From Alphaproteobacteria bacterium (GTDB lineage: Bacteria; Pseudomonadota; Alphaproteobacteria; GCA-2731375), in contig CBDDBZ010000037.1 of NCBI GenBank assembly GCA_965225945.1, positions 192,001-256,000 on the forward strand: a DNA stretch of 64,000 nt. The letters run 5' to 3'. Position 1 is the first letter of the stretch. Each line of letters begins with the position of its first letter. The notes beneath the pieces were generated by a model that saw nothing but the letters and a program-made list of their open reading frames with translations, did no database searches and was not told the origin of the DNA. A program made the translations under genes and the position numbers. Below are positions 41,260 to 51,356 of this stretch, piece after piece.

Positions 41260-41289
41260 ACCATAGGCGCCGCGCCCGGGCCGGGTCAA
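41260..41289 (-). promoter_or_regulatory. putative sigma70 promoter of tRNA-Lys
   Basis: TTGACC-18-TATGGT on minus strand just upstream of the tRNA. Confidence 0.55.
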
Positions 41290-41349
41290 CCGGGCCAGAG
41301 CGGCCCGGGCGGCCCCGGCGCCCTCTCGCGAAAGCCACGGCCGCGGGCC

Positions 41350-43077
41350 TCATCCGGCGTCGGGCTCGGCTGAGGATGGCGGCGCGAGGAAGGCGAAGTC
41401 GCAGCCTCGGTCGGCCTGCAGCACCTGCTCGTGATAGAGCCGCGCGTAGCCCCGCGCCGGGCCGCGCGAGGGCGGCGGCGCCTCGGCTCGGCGCCGGGCG
41501 AGCTCGGCCTCGTCGAGCAGCAGGTCGAGCCGGCGCTCGGCCACGCTGAGTCGAATCGGATCGCCGTCGCGCACCAGCGCCAACGGGCCGCCCGAGGCGG
41601 CGTCCGGCGTCACGTGCAGGACGATGGTGCCGAAGGCGGTGCCGCTCATCCGCGCGTCCGATATCCGCACCATGTCCTTGATGCCGGCCTGGGCCAGTTT
41701 CTTGGGGATCGGCAAGTAGCCCGCTTCCGGCATCGCGGCGGGACTGCGCGGCCCGGCGTTCTGCAGCACCAGGAAATCCTCCGCGCGCACCTCCAGCGCG
41801 GGATCGTCGATCCGGGCCGCGAGGTCCTCGAGCGAATTGAAGACCACGGCGCGGCCCTCGCGCTCGAAGAGGGCGGGGTCGGCCGCGGAGCGTTTCAGGA
41901 TCGCGCCGCCGGGCGCCAGGTTGCCGAAGAGCGCGACCAGGCCGCCCACCGGCTCGAACGGTTCCTCGAGGGCGCGGATCACCTCGCGGTCGACCCAGCC
42001 GCCGGCATCGCGCGCCAGCCGTTCGCCCAGCGTCTCGCCCGCGACCGTGGGGCAGTCGAGATGCAGCATCGGTTGCAACTCGCGCAGCACCGCGCCGAGC
42101 CCGCCGGCGGCGAAGAAGTCCTCCATATAGTGGCTGCCGGACGGTTTGAGGTCGACCAGGACCGGGGTCTCGTCGGAGAGCCGGTTCATCCGCCGAAGCG
42201 AAATCTCGAGTCCCAAGCGCCCGGCGATCGCCGCCAGATGGACGATGGCGTTGCTCGAGCCGCCGAGCGCCAGCAGGACCCTGAGCGCGTTCTCGAGCGA
42301 GGCGCTCGTGATCAGTTCCGAGGGCCTGGGCCCGCCGTTCGCCAGCACCATCGCCCGCTTCCCCGTCGCCTCCGCCGCGCGCAGACGGTTCGCGTGGACC
42401 GCGGGTATCGCCGCCGTCCCCGGCAGCGCCATGCCCAGCGTCTCGGCTATGCAGGCCATGGTGCTGGCCGTCCCCATGACCGCGCAGGTCCCGGCGGTGG
42501 TCGCCAGCCCGCCCTCGATCCGGCGGATCTCGTCCCCGTCGATGCGACCGCCGCGATAGGCCGCCCAGAACCGCCGGCAGTCGGTGCAGGCGCCGAGACG
42601 CTGGCCCTCGTGGCGGTGCGTCAGCATCGGCCCGACCAGCAGCTGGATCGCCGGCAGGTCGGCCGAGGCGGCGCCCATCAGTTGCGCCGGCACCGTCTTG
42701 TCACAGCCGCCGATCAGCACCACCGCGTCCATCGGCTGGGCCCGGATCATCTCCTCCGTGTCCATCGACATCAGGTTGCGGAACATCAGGCTGGTCGGGT
42801 TCAGGAAGGTCTCGCCCAGCGAGATGGTGGGAAAGACCAGCGGCAGGCCGCCCGCCGCCAGCACGCCGCGCTTCACCGCCTCGATCAACTCAGGCACTTG
42901 GCGGTGGCAGTTGTTGAAGCCGCTGGCCGTATCGGTGATGGCGATCACCGGGCGGGACAGCATTTCGCGGCTATAGCCCATGGAGCTGGCGAAGGAACGG
43001 CGCAGATAGGCCGAGAAGTCGGAGTCGCCATAGTCGGTGAGGCCGCCCTCGAGGCCCTTGGGTCCGTCGCCCGTCAT
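41350..43077 (-). CDS. IlvD/Edd family dehydratase
   Basis: FNNCH, GGCDKT, CAVMGTASTM, SDARMSGT. Confidence 0.93.
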   Translation of the reverse strand: MTGDGPKGLEGGLTDYGDSDFSAYLRRSFASSMGYSREMLSRPVIAITDTASGFNNCHRQVPELIEAVKRGVLAAGGLPLVFPTISLGETFLNPTSLMFRNLMSMDTEEMIRAQPMDAVVLIGGCDKTVPAQLMGAASADLPAIQLLVGPMLTHRHEGQRLGACTDCRRFWAAYRGGRIDGDEIRRIEGGLATTAGTCAVMGTASTMACIAETLGMALPGTAAIPAVHANRLRAAEATGKRAMVLANGGPRPSELITSASLENALRVLLALGGSSNAIVHLAAIAGRLGLEISLRRMNRLSDETPVLVDLKPSGSHYMEDFFAAGGLGAVLRELQPMLHLDCPTVAGETLGERLARDAGGWVDREVIRALEEPFEPVGGLVALFGNLAPGGAILKRSAADPALFEREGRAVVFNSLEDLAARIDDPALEVRAEDFLVLQNAGPRSPAAMPEAGYLPIPKKLAQAGIKDMVRISDARMSGTAFGTIVLHVTPDAASGGPLALVRDGDPIRLSVAERRLDLLLDEAELARRRAEAPPPSRGPARGYARLYHEQVLQADRGCDFAFLAPPSSAEPDAG

Positions 43078-43162
43078 GCCGGCCTCTCCGAATTGGTTTG
43101 CCAAGTCCGCCTCGACTATATTCGCCGACGGCGAAATCACCAGAGCCCGGGGGGACACAGCG

Positions 43163-45175
43163 ATGCGTGTCGGCGTGGAAGTGGGCGGCACCTTCACCGA
43201 CCTGGTCGCGATTCGTGGCGAGTCCGTGACGGTCGCCAAGGTCGCGAGCACGCCCGCGCGGCCCGACGAGGGCGCGCTTCACGCCTTGGAGGCGGCCGGG
43301 ATCAAGCTGGGCGAGGTCGACGACCTGGTGCACGGCTCCACCGTCGCCACCAACGCGATCCTGGAGCGCAAGGGCGCCGCCACCGCCTTCATCACCACCC
43401 GGGGCTTTCGCGACATTCTGCTTCTGCAGCGCCACGCCCGGCGCAACATCTACGATCTGGCCTACGCCAAACCGGAACCCGTGGTGCGCCGGCGCGACGC
43501 CTTCGAGATCGAGGAGCGGATCGGGCCGGACGGCGAGGTCGTGGTCGCGCTGGACCCCGTGGAGACGGAGCGGCGGCTCACCGAGATCCTGGCCGCCGGC
43601 GAGTATCGGGCCGTCGCCGTTTGCTTTCTGAATGCCTACGCCAACCCGGTCCACGAGCGAGCGGTCGCCCGGTTGCTCGCCAAGCTCGCGCCCGAGCTCG
43701 CCGTCACCTGCAGCCACGACGTGAGCGGTGAGTTTCGCGAATACGAGCGGGCCTCGACCACCGCGCTCGCGGCCTATGTGCAGCCGGTGATCGAGGGCTA
43801 TCTCTCCCGCTTCGAGGCGAGCCTGGGGGCGCGCGATTTCGCCGGGCGCTTCAGCGTCATGCAGTCGAACGGCGGCCGGCTGCCGGCCGCCGCGATGGGG
43901 CGGAACGCGATCACCTCGCTCTATTCCGGCCCGGCGGCCGGTGTCGTCGGCGCGGTGCGCCAGGCCGGCCTCTCGGGCTACCGCGACCTCATCACCCTCG
44001 ACATGGGCGGCACCAGCACCGATGTGTGCCTGGTCGCCGACGCCACGCCCGCGATCTCCGGCGAGACCGAGGTCGACGGTCTGGCGATCCGAACGCCCGT
44101 GCTCGATATCACCACCGTGGGCGCCGGCGGCGGCTCGATCATCTGGGTCGACGACGGCGGCATGCTCCGGGCGGGGCCGAATTCGGCGGGCGCCGAGCCG
44201 GGTCCGGCCTGCTACGGCAAGGGAGGTGCTGAAGCGACCGTCACCGATGCCCATCTCGCCCGGGGCACGATCCGAGCCGAGGCCCGTCTCGGCGGTCATC
44301 TGAAGTTGGTGGCGGCGGCCGCGACGGCAGCCCTCGCACCGCTCGCGCGAAGCTTCGAGCTTAGCGTCGAGGCCTTCGCGGCGGACGCGATCCGGGTGGC
44401 CGACGCCAATATCGTGCGCGCCATCCAGCTCGTCTCGACGGAGCGCGGGCGCGATCCGCGCGATTATGCCCTGGTGCCGTTCGGCGGCGCCGGGCCGCTC
44501 CATGCCGCCGCCGTGGCGGCGGAGCTCGACATCGCGACCGTCGTCGTGCCGCCCAAGGCCGGCGTGCTGTCGGCCTATGGGCTGCTGGCCGCCGACTATG
44601 TCACTTTTGAATCGCGGACGCGGCGGACCGAGGTCGACGATGCCGTCGGTGACTCGGTCCGCCGGGCCTTCGACGATCTAGCCCGGGCCTCGCTCGAGCG
44701 CTTCGGCGCGCTCGGCGTCGAGGGCGAGGTCCGCCACGCCTATTCGCTGGAGATGCGCTACGTCGGCCAGGCTTTCGAAGTGCCCGTGCCGTTGACGGCG
44801 GCGGAGCTGAACGAACTCGATTTCGACGCGCTGATGGCGCATTTCGACGCCGCGCACCACCGGGTGTTCGAGTTCGGCGGCGCCGCTGGCTTGGCCCGCG
44901 CCGAGATCGTTTCTTTCCGGCTGGGCTCGGCGGTGGCGCCCGAAACCTTGCCGGCCTTGCGCGAGCCGGGGGAGGCGGGCGCCGCCGGCGAGGTAGAGAT
45001 CTTCGAAGCCGGCGCGTGGCGCGCCGCCGCGCTCTGGTCGCGGGCCGCACTGCCGCGGCGAACCACGCTTCCCGGGCCGCTGCTGATCGAGGATGTGACC
45101 AGCACGATCCACGTTCCCGACGGCTGGCGGGCCCGGGTCGACGATTGTGATAACCTGGTGATGACACGGGCTTGA
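43163..45175 (+). CDS. hydantoinase A/oxoprolinase family subunit
   Basis: VGGTFTD, HGSTVATN, SGPAAG, DMGGTSTD, GAGGGS. Confidence 0.94.
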   Translation: MRVGVEVGGTFTDLVAIRGESVTVAKVASTPARPDEGALHALEAAGIKLGEVDDLVHGSTVATNAILERKGAATAFITTRGFRDILLLQRHARRNIYDLAYAKPEPVVRRRDAFEIEERIGPDGEVVVALDPVETERRLTEILAAGEYRAVAVCFLNAYANPVHERAVARLLAKLAPELAVTCSHDVSGEFREYERASTTALAAYVQPVIEGYLSRFEASLGARDFAGRFSVMQSNGGRLPAAAMGRNAITSLYSGPAAGVVGAVRQAGLSGYRDLITLDMGGTSTDVCLVADATPAISGETEVDGLAIRTPVLDITTVGAGGGSIIWVDDGGMLRAGPNSAGAEPGPACYGKGGAEATVTDAHLARGTIRAEARLGGHLKLVAAAATAALAPLARSFELSVEAFAADAIRVADANIVRAIQLVSTERGRDPRDYALVPFGGAGPLHAAAVAAELDIATVVVPPKAGVLSAYGLLAADYVTFESRTRRTEVDDAVGDSVRRAFDDLARASLERFGALGVEGEVRHAYSLEMRYVGQAFEVPVPLTAAELNELDFDALMAHFDAAHHRVFEFGGAAGLARAEIVSFRLGSAVAPETLPALREPGEAGAAGEVEIFEAGAWRAAALWSRAALPRRTTLPGPLLIEDVTSTIHVPDGWRARVDDCDNLVMTRA

Positions 45176-45200
45176 TGACCCGGGCATAGGGAGCTTCGCC

Positions 45201-46856
45201 ATGCGCGTTGAGGCGGTCGACCAAGCGGTGATCTCGCAGGCCCTGGTGGCGGCGGCCCGCGAGATGGGGGTGAAGCTCGTCCGCTCCGCCTATTCGCCCG
45301 TGGTGCGCGAGGCGAACGACTGTTCCGCGGCCCTGCTCGACACCCAGGGCAACGTCGTCGCCCAGGCCGAGCTGATCCCGATGCAGTTGGGGCCGATCGG
45401 CACCACCTTCCGCCCTTGCGCCGAGCTCTATCCGCCGGAGGATTTGCAAGAGGGCGACTTCTACATCAACAACGATCCTTATAACGGCGGCCAGCACGTG
45501 CCGGACGTCTTCCTGTTCTCACCCGTCTTCCACGAGGGCGGGCTGGTCGCTTTCGGCGCCACCGTATCGCACCACCTCGATCTCGGCGGCGGCGCGCCCG
45601 GCCTCAACCCGGAGGCGACGGACGTGCATCAGGAGGGGATCATCTTCCCGCCGAGCCGCTACAACCTGGCGCGCGACTGGAACGGCGGCCCCTTCGAGCG
45701 GCTGGTGCGCGCCAACATCCGCGTGCCGGAGCAGACCATCGGCGACTTCAACGCCCAATTCGCCGCCAACGCCATGGGCGCCAAGCGGGTGCGAGAGCTC
45801 TGCCGCCGCTTCGGGCCCGAGACGGTGATGGCGGCGATGGCCGCACTTCTGGACTATTCCGAGCGCCGCATGCGCCAGGCGATCCGCGAAGCGCCGGACG
45901 GCGTCTACCAAGGCGAGGACGCGCTCGACGACGACGGCCTCTCCGAGGAGCCGCTCATCGTTCGCGCCACGGTGACGATTCGGGGCGAGGCGGTCGAGGT
46001 CGACTTCGCCGGCACCTGCGCGCAAGTCCGCACCAACATCAACTGCCCCTTCGCCTCGACCATCGCGGCGGCGCTCAGTTGCGTGAAATCGGTGCTGACC
46101 AGCCCCGACATTCCCTTCAACGAGGGCTCCAAACGGCCGATCACGGTGAAGGCGCCCTATGGCAGCCTGCTCAATCCCCGCCCGCCCGCCCCGGTCAGGG
46201 CGCGGATGCTGTCGGGCTACCGGGCCTTCAACGCGGTGATGAAGGCGTTGGCCCGGGCGGTGCCGGAGCGCGTCATCGCGGCCGGCTTCGACACGACCGA
46301 GGTCGCCTGCCTCTCTCGATTGGGGGCCGACGGCTATCGGATCTATCTCGAGATCCTCGGCGGCGGCTACGGCGCCAGCGCCGGGCGCGACGGCTGCGAC
46401 GCGGTCGACAGCCCGCTCTCCAACTGCTCCAACGTGCCGATCGAGGCGTTGGACATGGAGTATCCGTTCTTCCGGGTGGAGGAATACAGCCTCCGCGAAG
46501 GTTCGGGCGGCGTGGGGCGACGGCGCGGCGGGCTGGGGTTTTGCCGGAAGTACCGGGTGCTGGCGGACGAGGTGAATTTCGCGACCTATTCCGACCGTTT
46601 TCGGATCGCGCCCGAGGGTCTGTACGGCGGCGCTCCGGGCGAGTGCGCGCGGAGCTATGTGATGCGCGACGGCAAACGGATCGAGCTCGCCTCCAAGCAG
46701 AGCTTCAAGTTGGAGCGCGGTGACTTGTTGGTGCTGTTGACGGGCGGCGGCGCCGGCTACGGCCCGGTGGCCGAGCGCGGCGAGGCCGACCATGCGCGGG
46801 ACCTGGAGGATGGGCTGATGGCGCCGGATACTGCGCCGGCACGGGCGGCGGAGTAG
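45201..46856 (+). CDS. hydantoinase B/oxoprolinase family subunit
   Basis: RSAYSP, NDPYNGGQHVPD, HHLDLGG, GGGAGYG. Confidence 0.94.
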   Translation: MRVEAVDQAVISQALVAAAREMGVKLVRSAYSPVVREANDCSAALLDTQGNVVAQAELIPMQLGPIGTTFRPCAELYPPEDLQEGDFYINNDPYNGGQHVPDVFLFSPVFHEGGLVAFGATVSHHLDLGGGAPGLNPEATDVHQEGIIFPPSRYNLARDWNGGPFERLVRANIRVPEQTIGDFNAQFAANAMGAKRVRELCRRFGPETVMAAMAALLDYSERRMRQAIREAPDGVYQGEDALDDDGLSEEPLIVRATVTIRGEAVEVDFAGTCAQVRTNINCPFASTIAAALSCVKSVLTSPDIPFNEGSKRPITVKAPYGSLLNPRPPAPVRARMLSGYRAFNAVMKALARAVPERVIAAGFDTTEVACLSRLGADGYRIYLEILGGGYGASAGRDGCDAVDSPLSNCSNVPIEALDMEYPFFRVEEYSLREGSGGVGRRRGGLGFCRKYRVLADEVNFATYSDRFRIAPEGLYGGAPGECARSYVMRDGKRIELASKQSFKLERGDLLVLLTGGGAGYGPVAERGEADHARDLEDGLMAPDTAPARAAE

Positions 46857-47195
46857 GCCGCCATGGTGAGAGGCTGAAGCGATCGAGCGCCGGGGGCGCC
46901 CTGGGATTGGCCGGCCGGACCCGGCTCGAGGTGCCGTCGGCGGAACTTTGGCTCGGACAGTCGGAGAAAGCCGAAAATGGGAAACTATCCCCCATTTTTC
47001 CCCAGATATCCCAGATGTCGGAGGCCGCCGAAGTGGACACGCTTGCAACCACGAAGGTGCACCGGGGCGTCTCACAGAATTGTGAATTGCCGCGCAAAGG
47101 GACTTACTCCATTATTTATCCTCCCAGCCGTTCTTTCCAGAATCTTTACGAGACAGAGGACTTTAAATCGAGGGGCGGCGGATAGGTAAGGCAAG

Positions 47196-47746
47196 ATGAA
47201 TACGATGCATCGTCTGGCTAATCTTGGTGCGGTGCTTGCCCTTGTCTTTGCATTTGCTGTCTTGACGCCGAATGCCAACGCGGACGGTGGCGACGGCGGT
47301 GGCGGCGGTGGCGGGATAGCGGCGATAGCGGCGATAGAACCGTTGGAGGGGAAAATTCCGGGAGCCGCGAATGGCGCGTAGCGAAAGAGGCCATCGCCGC
47401 CAAGGACTATGCCCAGGCGGTGCCGCTTTTGAAGCAAGTCGTCGCCAAGCAACCGACACACGCCGATGCATTGAACTATCTCGGCTACGCCCACTCCCGC
47501 ACCGGCCAATACGAAGTAGCGCTCGATTATTATTGCCAGGCATTGGCATCGGTACCAGACCATGCCGGCGCCAACGAATACCTCGGCGAGCTGTACCTCA
47601 AGATGGGTAACCTTGCCGCCGCGGAAGGCCGCCTTGAGGTTTTAGACAAGACCTGTTTCGTCGAATGTCCCGAGTTTGACGATTTGAAATTTGAGATCGA
47701 ACGTTACCGCAAGAACGGTGGCTATCCGGGCGAAAAGCACCGCTAA
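47196..47746 (+). pseudogene. secreted TPR protein, frameshifted near 47315
   Basis: Signal peptide plus Gly linker in one frame; continues DSGDSGD..AKEAIAAKDYAQA..ADALNYLGY..GANEYLGELYL in another frame. Confidence 0.78.
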
Positions 47747-47816
47747 TTATCATATTTCAACAAGAAATCCGAACCGCGCCCTTCGCGCGTCGTTGACAGC
47801 CCCCTCGATCCGGGCG

Positions 47817-47909
47817 ACCCCACAACCCATGAGATGAAGGGCGGAACACGGTCACGACCGAGCAGACCGCCGTCCCTGCGACGACGCCGCCGTGGCGCGC
47901 CATGCCCTC
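47817..47909. repeat. dispersed intergenic repeat, partial copy A
   Basis: GATGAAGGGCGGAACACGGTCACGACCGAGC..GGCGCGCCATG shared with about 49442-49513. Confidence 0.7.
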
Positions 47910-48161
47910 AAAACCCGGGGACTGTCGCCCGAACCGCGCAGGATCCGTGCGGGGGGTAACCCGTGTCCCTACCGCGATCGGATTTCCCGGCGCCGGTCCA
48001 CGAGACCGCCTTCACGGTCTGCCCACGTCCATCATCCTCGACGTTGCCGTCGATGGCGCAATGGGCTAGCCTGATGGCCCAAACCGACGGTCGTCTGGGC
48101 AATGTCGGTTCCCTGCGGCCCGCCCCCGCGTCGTGGAAATGCCGGGTTGCCGGCGACCAGG

Positions 48162-49304
48162 ATGGAAAGCGTGAGCCAAACCGAATTCCCACCGTTGTCC
48201 GAAGTCCGCAAGAACCTGCGGGTCGGCTGGTACCGATGCCCCATCGCGCCGGAAAAGCTCCGGGAGCTCTCCAGGCGCAGCGACCTGCGGGGAGGGTTCC
48301 AGGCGATCGGCCATCTGGCGCTTTGGGCCGCGACGGGCGTGGCCGCCTATGGCTTCTTCACACAGCAGATGTGGTGGGGCTTCTTTGTGGCGCTGTTCCT
48401 GCACGGCACCGTCGCCACCTTCTTTTCCGCGCCCCATCACGAGCTTTGCCACGGAACGGTGTTCCAGACGAAGTGGCTCAACGGCTTCTTCCTGCGGATC
48501 TACTCCCTGCTCGGCTGGTACAATTTCCACGTCTACAAATTCAGCCACAGCTACCACCACCGTTTCACGCTCTACCTGCAAGGAGACCGCGAGGTCGTGC
48601 TGCCGAAAACGCCTTCGCTGGATTTGCTCTATTTGCTGCAGCTGTTTAGCGTCAATTTGACCGGCGGTTTCGAATCGCGGGGTGTCGTTCCCACGGTCAA
48701 GAACTTCATCAAGATAGCCTCGAACCGGCTCGACACGCCCTTCAACGAATGGGGCGAGGAGCTCTACGAAGGCCAGACGGACGAGCGGATGAAGGCGGTC
48801 CGCTGGGCTCGCTCAGTGCTGCTCTTCCATATGGTCGTGATCGCCGGCTCGATCGCGATGGGTGAGCCGATAGTGGCCGTTCTCCTTTCCGGGCACGTCT
48901 TCATCGCCAACTGGCTGAGGTACTTCGTCGGCGCGCCGATGCATTGCGGCCTCAGGAGCAACGTCCCCGACTTCCGGAAGTCGGTGCGTACCATCACCCT
49001 CGATCCCCTTTCGCAATTCCTCTACTGGCACATGAACTGGCATCTGGAGCACCACATGTACGCGGGCGTGCCCTGCTACAACCTCCAGAAGCTGTACGAC
49101 GCCGTCCGGGACGATATGCCGAAGCCGAGGACCCTGATCGGTGCCTGGCGCGAAATGCGGGAGACCTCGGCAAGGCAGCGGGATGACCCGGACCACGCCT
49201 TCGATACGCCGGTCCCGCCGTCGCCCGCGGCCGAGTCGTCGAGAGGCGGCGATCCGCTCGCGGCCTCCATCGGCGATCTCGCGCCAAAAGCGCTGGCGTC
49301 GTAA
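48162..49304 (+). CDS. fatty acid desaturase family protein
   Basis: HELCH, HSYHH, HLEHH His boxes. Confidence 0.92.
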   Translation: MESVSQTEFPPLSEVRKNLRVGWYRCPIAPEKLRELSRRSDLRGGFQAIGHLALWAATGVAAYGFFTQQMWWGFFVALFLHGTVATFFSAPHHELCHGTVFQTKWLNGFFLRIYSLLGWYNFHVYKFSHSYHHRFTLYLQGDREVVLPKTPSLDLLYLLQLFSVNLTGGFESRGVVPTVKNFIKIASNRLDTPFNEWGEELYEGQTDERMKAVRWARSVLLFHMVVIAGSIAMGEPIVAVLLSGHVFIANWLRYFVGAPMHCGLRSNVPDFRKSVRTITLDPLSQFLYWHMNWHLEHHMYAGVPCYNLQKLYDAVRDDMPKPRTLIGAWREMRETSARQRDDPDHAFDTPVPPSPAAESSRGGDPLAASIGDLAPKALAS

Positions 49305-49327
49305 CCCGACCGATCGAGCGAGATCAC

Positions 49328-49520
49328 CAGATTTCGGGGGGCCAGTTGACCGTTTCCTCGACGCCGGGCATCGAGGCCACGCCAAACGCACCGAGAGCCA
49401 GAAGGCGCCCTTGATCCCGTGGGTTGAGGGAGCCACTTGGGGATGAAGGGCGGACCACGGTCACGACCGAGCGGACCGCCTTCCCCGCGACGACGACGCC
49501 ATGGCGCGCCATGGCCGCCA
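49328..49520. repeat. dispersed intergenic repeat, copy B
   Basis: CCTCGACGCCGGGCATCGAGGCCACGCCAAACGCACCGAGAGCCA identical to 52340 copy. Confidence 0.8.
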
Positions 49521-49579
49521 CGATGCGACCGCGCGCTCGGATCGTGCTCTAATTCCGCTAACCTGTCGGGAGAGACCGC

Positions 49580-50171
49580 GCGCCCATGGCTCAATTGGAT
49601 AGAGCAGGGGCGGTGGTATGGCGCGGGGTTCGGCGCTACCAGTGTCAAGAACTGCGGCAGATAGCCTTCGAGCGGTACCGGCTCGGGCGCACCTTCAACG
49701 AATGGCTGGCGTTCGGGGCGTCGCTCGAAGGGGGATACGGTGAAGGCCTCGGCGGCGCGCTGCGACGTGGCGGTGAGCACGGCGGTCCGCTGGGTCACTC
49801 GTTTCTCAGGAGCGATTCGGAGGTGCTTCCATATGGATCGTGGAAGCGGCCGGACCTACGTCCTGGAGAGCCGGAAGGGCGCGATGCGGGCTGAGCCGCA
49901 TAGGCACGGCGGCGCGGCAAGGCGAAGAAGCGCGGCCTCTCGCGCGGGCAGGTACCGTCTCTCATGGCGGCGGACCGGAACGGAACGCTCAGCGCGGTGC
50001 TGTCAGGGTCGATGCGGCGCGCGACGGCATTGCGACCCGGCCTCGAAGGACGCCTGCGTCCCCGACGGCTTGGTGCGGACCGAGTGCGCCGGCGCTCGGG
50101 GTGAGCCACGAAGCACTCAACCGCTCGGACTTCGAATCCGAAGGTTGCAGGTTCGAGTCCTGCTGGGCGCG
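49580..50171 (+). tRNA. tRNA-Arg(TCG) split into 49580-49606 and 50125-50171
   Basis: GCGCCCA-TG-GCTCAATTGGATAGAGC-A joins to TCGGA-CTTCGAA-TCCGA-AGGTT-GCAGGTTCGAGTCCTGC-TGGGCGC-G to give a full cloverleaf. Confidence 0.8.
49607..50124 (+). pseudogene. garbled internal fragment of the IS1595 transposase
   Basis: Colinear blocks matching about 50417-50989 with many small deletions. Confidence 0.8.
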
Positions 50172-50183
50172 CACATAATTTTT

Positions 50184-51208
50184 GGCTCAATTCGTGAATT
50201 GTATGCATTAGTGATAGAGTGCCTGGAACGTCAGGAGGTTGGGTTATGGACGGCAAGGGTTTCCAGGTGTGGCTTTCGGCGGCGCGCGGGCTGACGCGCG
50301 CGCAGCGGCGCGAGGCGCTCGCGGTGCTGTCGGGCCGGAGCGAGGGCGAGGCATCGAAGGCCGCGATCGAGCTTGGTGTGGACGAGGCCCGGCGCTGTCC
50401 GCACTGCGCGAGCGAAGGGGCGGTTTCGCGCGGTATGGCGCGGGGTCTGCGGCGCTACCAGTGCAAGGGCTGCGGCAGGACCTTCAACGCGCTGAGCGGT
50501 ACGCCGCTGTCGGGCTTGCACCACAAGGAACGCTGGCTGTCGTTCGGGGCGTCGCTGGCGAAGGGGGAGACGGTGAAGGCGTCGGCGGCGCGCTGCGACG
50601 TGGCGGTGAGCACGGCGTTCCGCTGGCGTCACCGGTTTCTGGCGGCGGCGCGGAGCGATTCGGAGGTGCTCAAGGGGATCGTGGAAGCGGACGAGACCTA
50701 CGTCCTGGAGAGCCGGAAGGGCGCGCGCGGGCTGGGGCGCAAGGCACGGCGGCGGGGCGGCAAGGCGAAGAAGCGCGGCCTCTCGCGCGAGCAGGTACCG
50801 GTTCTCATGGCGGCGGACCGGAGCGGAACGACGGTCAGCGCGGTGCTGCCCAGGGTCGATGCGGCGGCGCTCACGGCTGCCCTCGACCCGGTGGTCGCGA
50901 AGGACGCCCTGCTGGTCTCCGACGGCGGCGCGAGCTACCCACCGTGCGCCGCCGCGCTCGGGGTGAGCCACGAAGCACTCAACCGCTCGATGGGGGAACG
51001 GGTTCGGGGCGATCTGCATGTGCAGACGGTGAACAGCCGCCACAGCCGGTTGAAGGACTTCCTGCGTCCCCGCCGCGGCATCGCCACCCGCTATCTGGAC
51101 AACTACCTGAGCTGGTTCCACCTCGTCGGCCTCGCCCCCGGCGCCAATGACCGAGCCTGCCTCGCCGCCGCCGTAACAAGGTGACGCATACAATTCACGA
51201 ATTGAGCC
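50184..51208 (+). mobile_element. IS1595-family element, copy 2 (1025 bp)
   Basis: Same IRs as copy 1; perfect 8-bp TSD TAATTTTT. Confidence 0.95.
50219..51184 (+). CDS. IS1595-family transposase
   Basis: Protein identical to 10207-11172. Confidence 0.93.
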   Translation: MPGTSGGWVMDGKGFQVWLSAARGLTRAQRREALAVLSGRSEGEASKAAIELGVDEARRCPHCASEGAVSRGMARGLRRYQCKGCGRTFNALSGTPLSGLHHKERWLSFGASLAKGETVKASAARCDVAVSTAFRWRHRFLAAARSDSEVLKGIVEADETYVLESRKGARGLGRKARRRGGKAKKRGLSREQVPVLMAADRSGTTVSAVLPRVDAAALTAALDPVVAKDALLVSDGGASYPPCAAALGVSHEALNRSMGERVRGDLHVQTVNSRHSRLKDFLRPRRGIATRYLDNYLSWFHLVGLAPGANDRACLAAAVTR

Positions 51209-51254
51209 TAATTTTTTGCCCGCCGCCAAGCGCCAACCCGGCGTGCGAAAGGGT

Positions 51255-51316
51255 AAAAAGGGGTCATTGTACTTTATTCGGCCGAACGGACCAATAAAGT
51301 ACAATGACCCCTTTTT
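51255..51316. repeat. REP-like palindrome, copy 2
   Basis: AAAAAGGGGTCATTGTACTTTATT..AATAAAGTACAATGACCCCTTTTT perfect 24-bp arms. Confidence 0.85.
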
Positions 51317-51356
51317 CGGGGGGGTGCGAGGCCGGCACCCTGGCCGCTGCCTGGCC

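Noticed and set aside
41350-46856. Naming ilvD, hyuA/hyuB or oplA specifically (also dapA at 60173)
   Set aside because: Families are clear but substrate specificity cannot be inferred by eye
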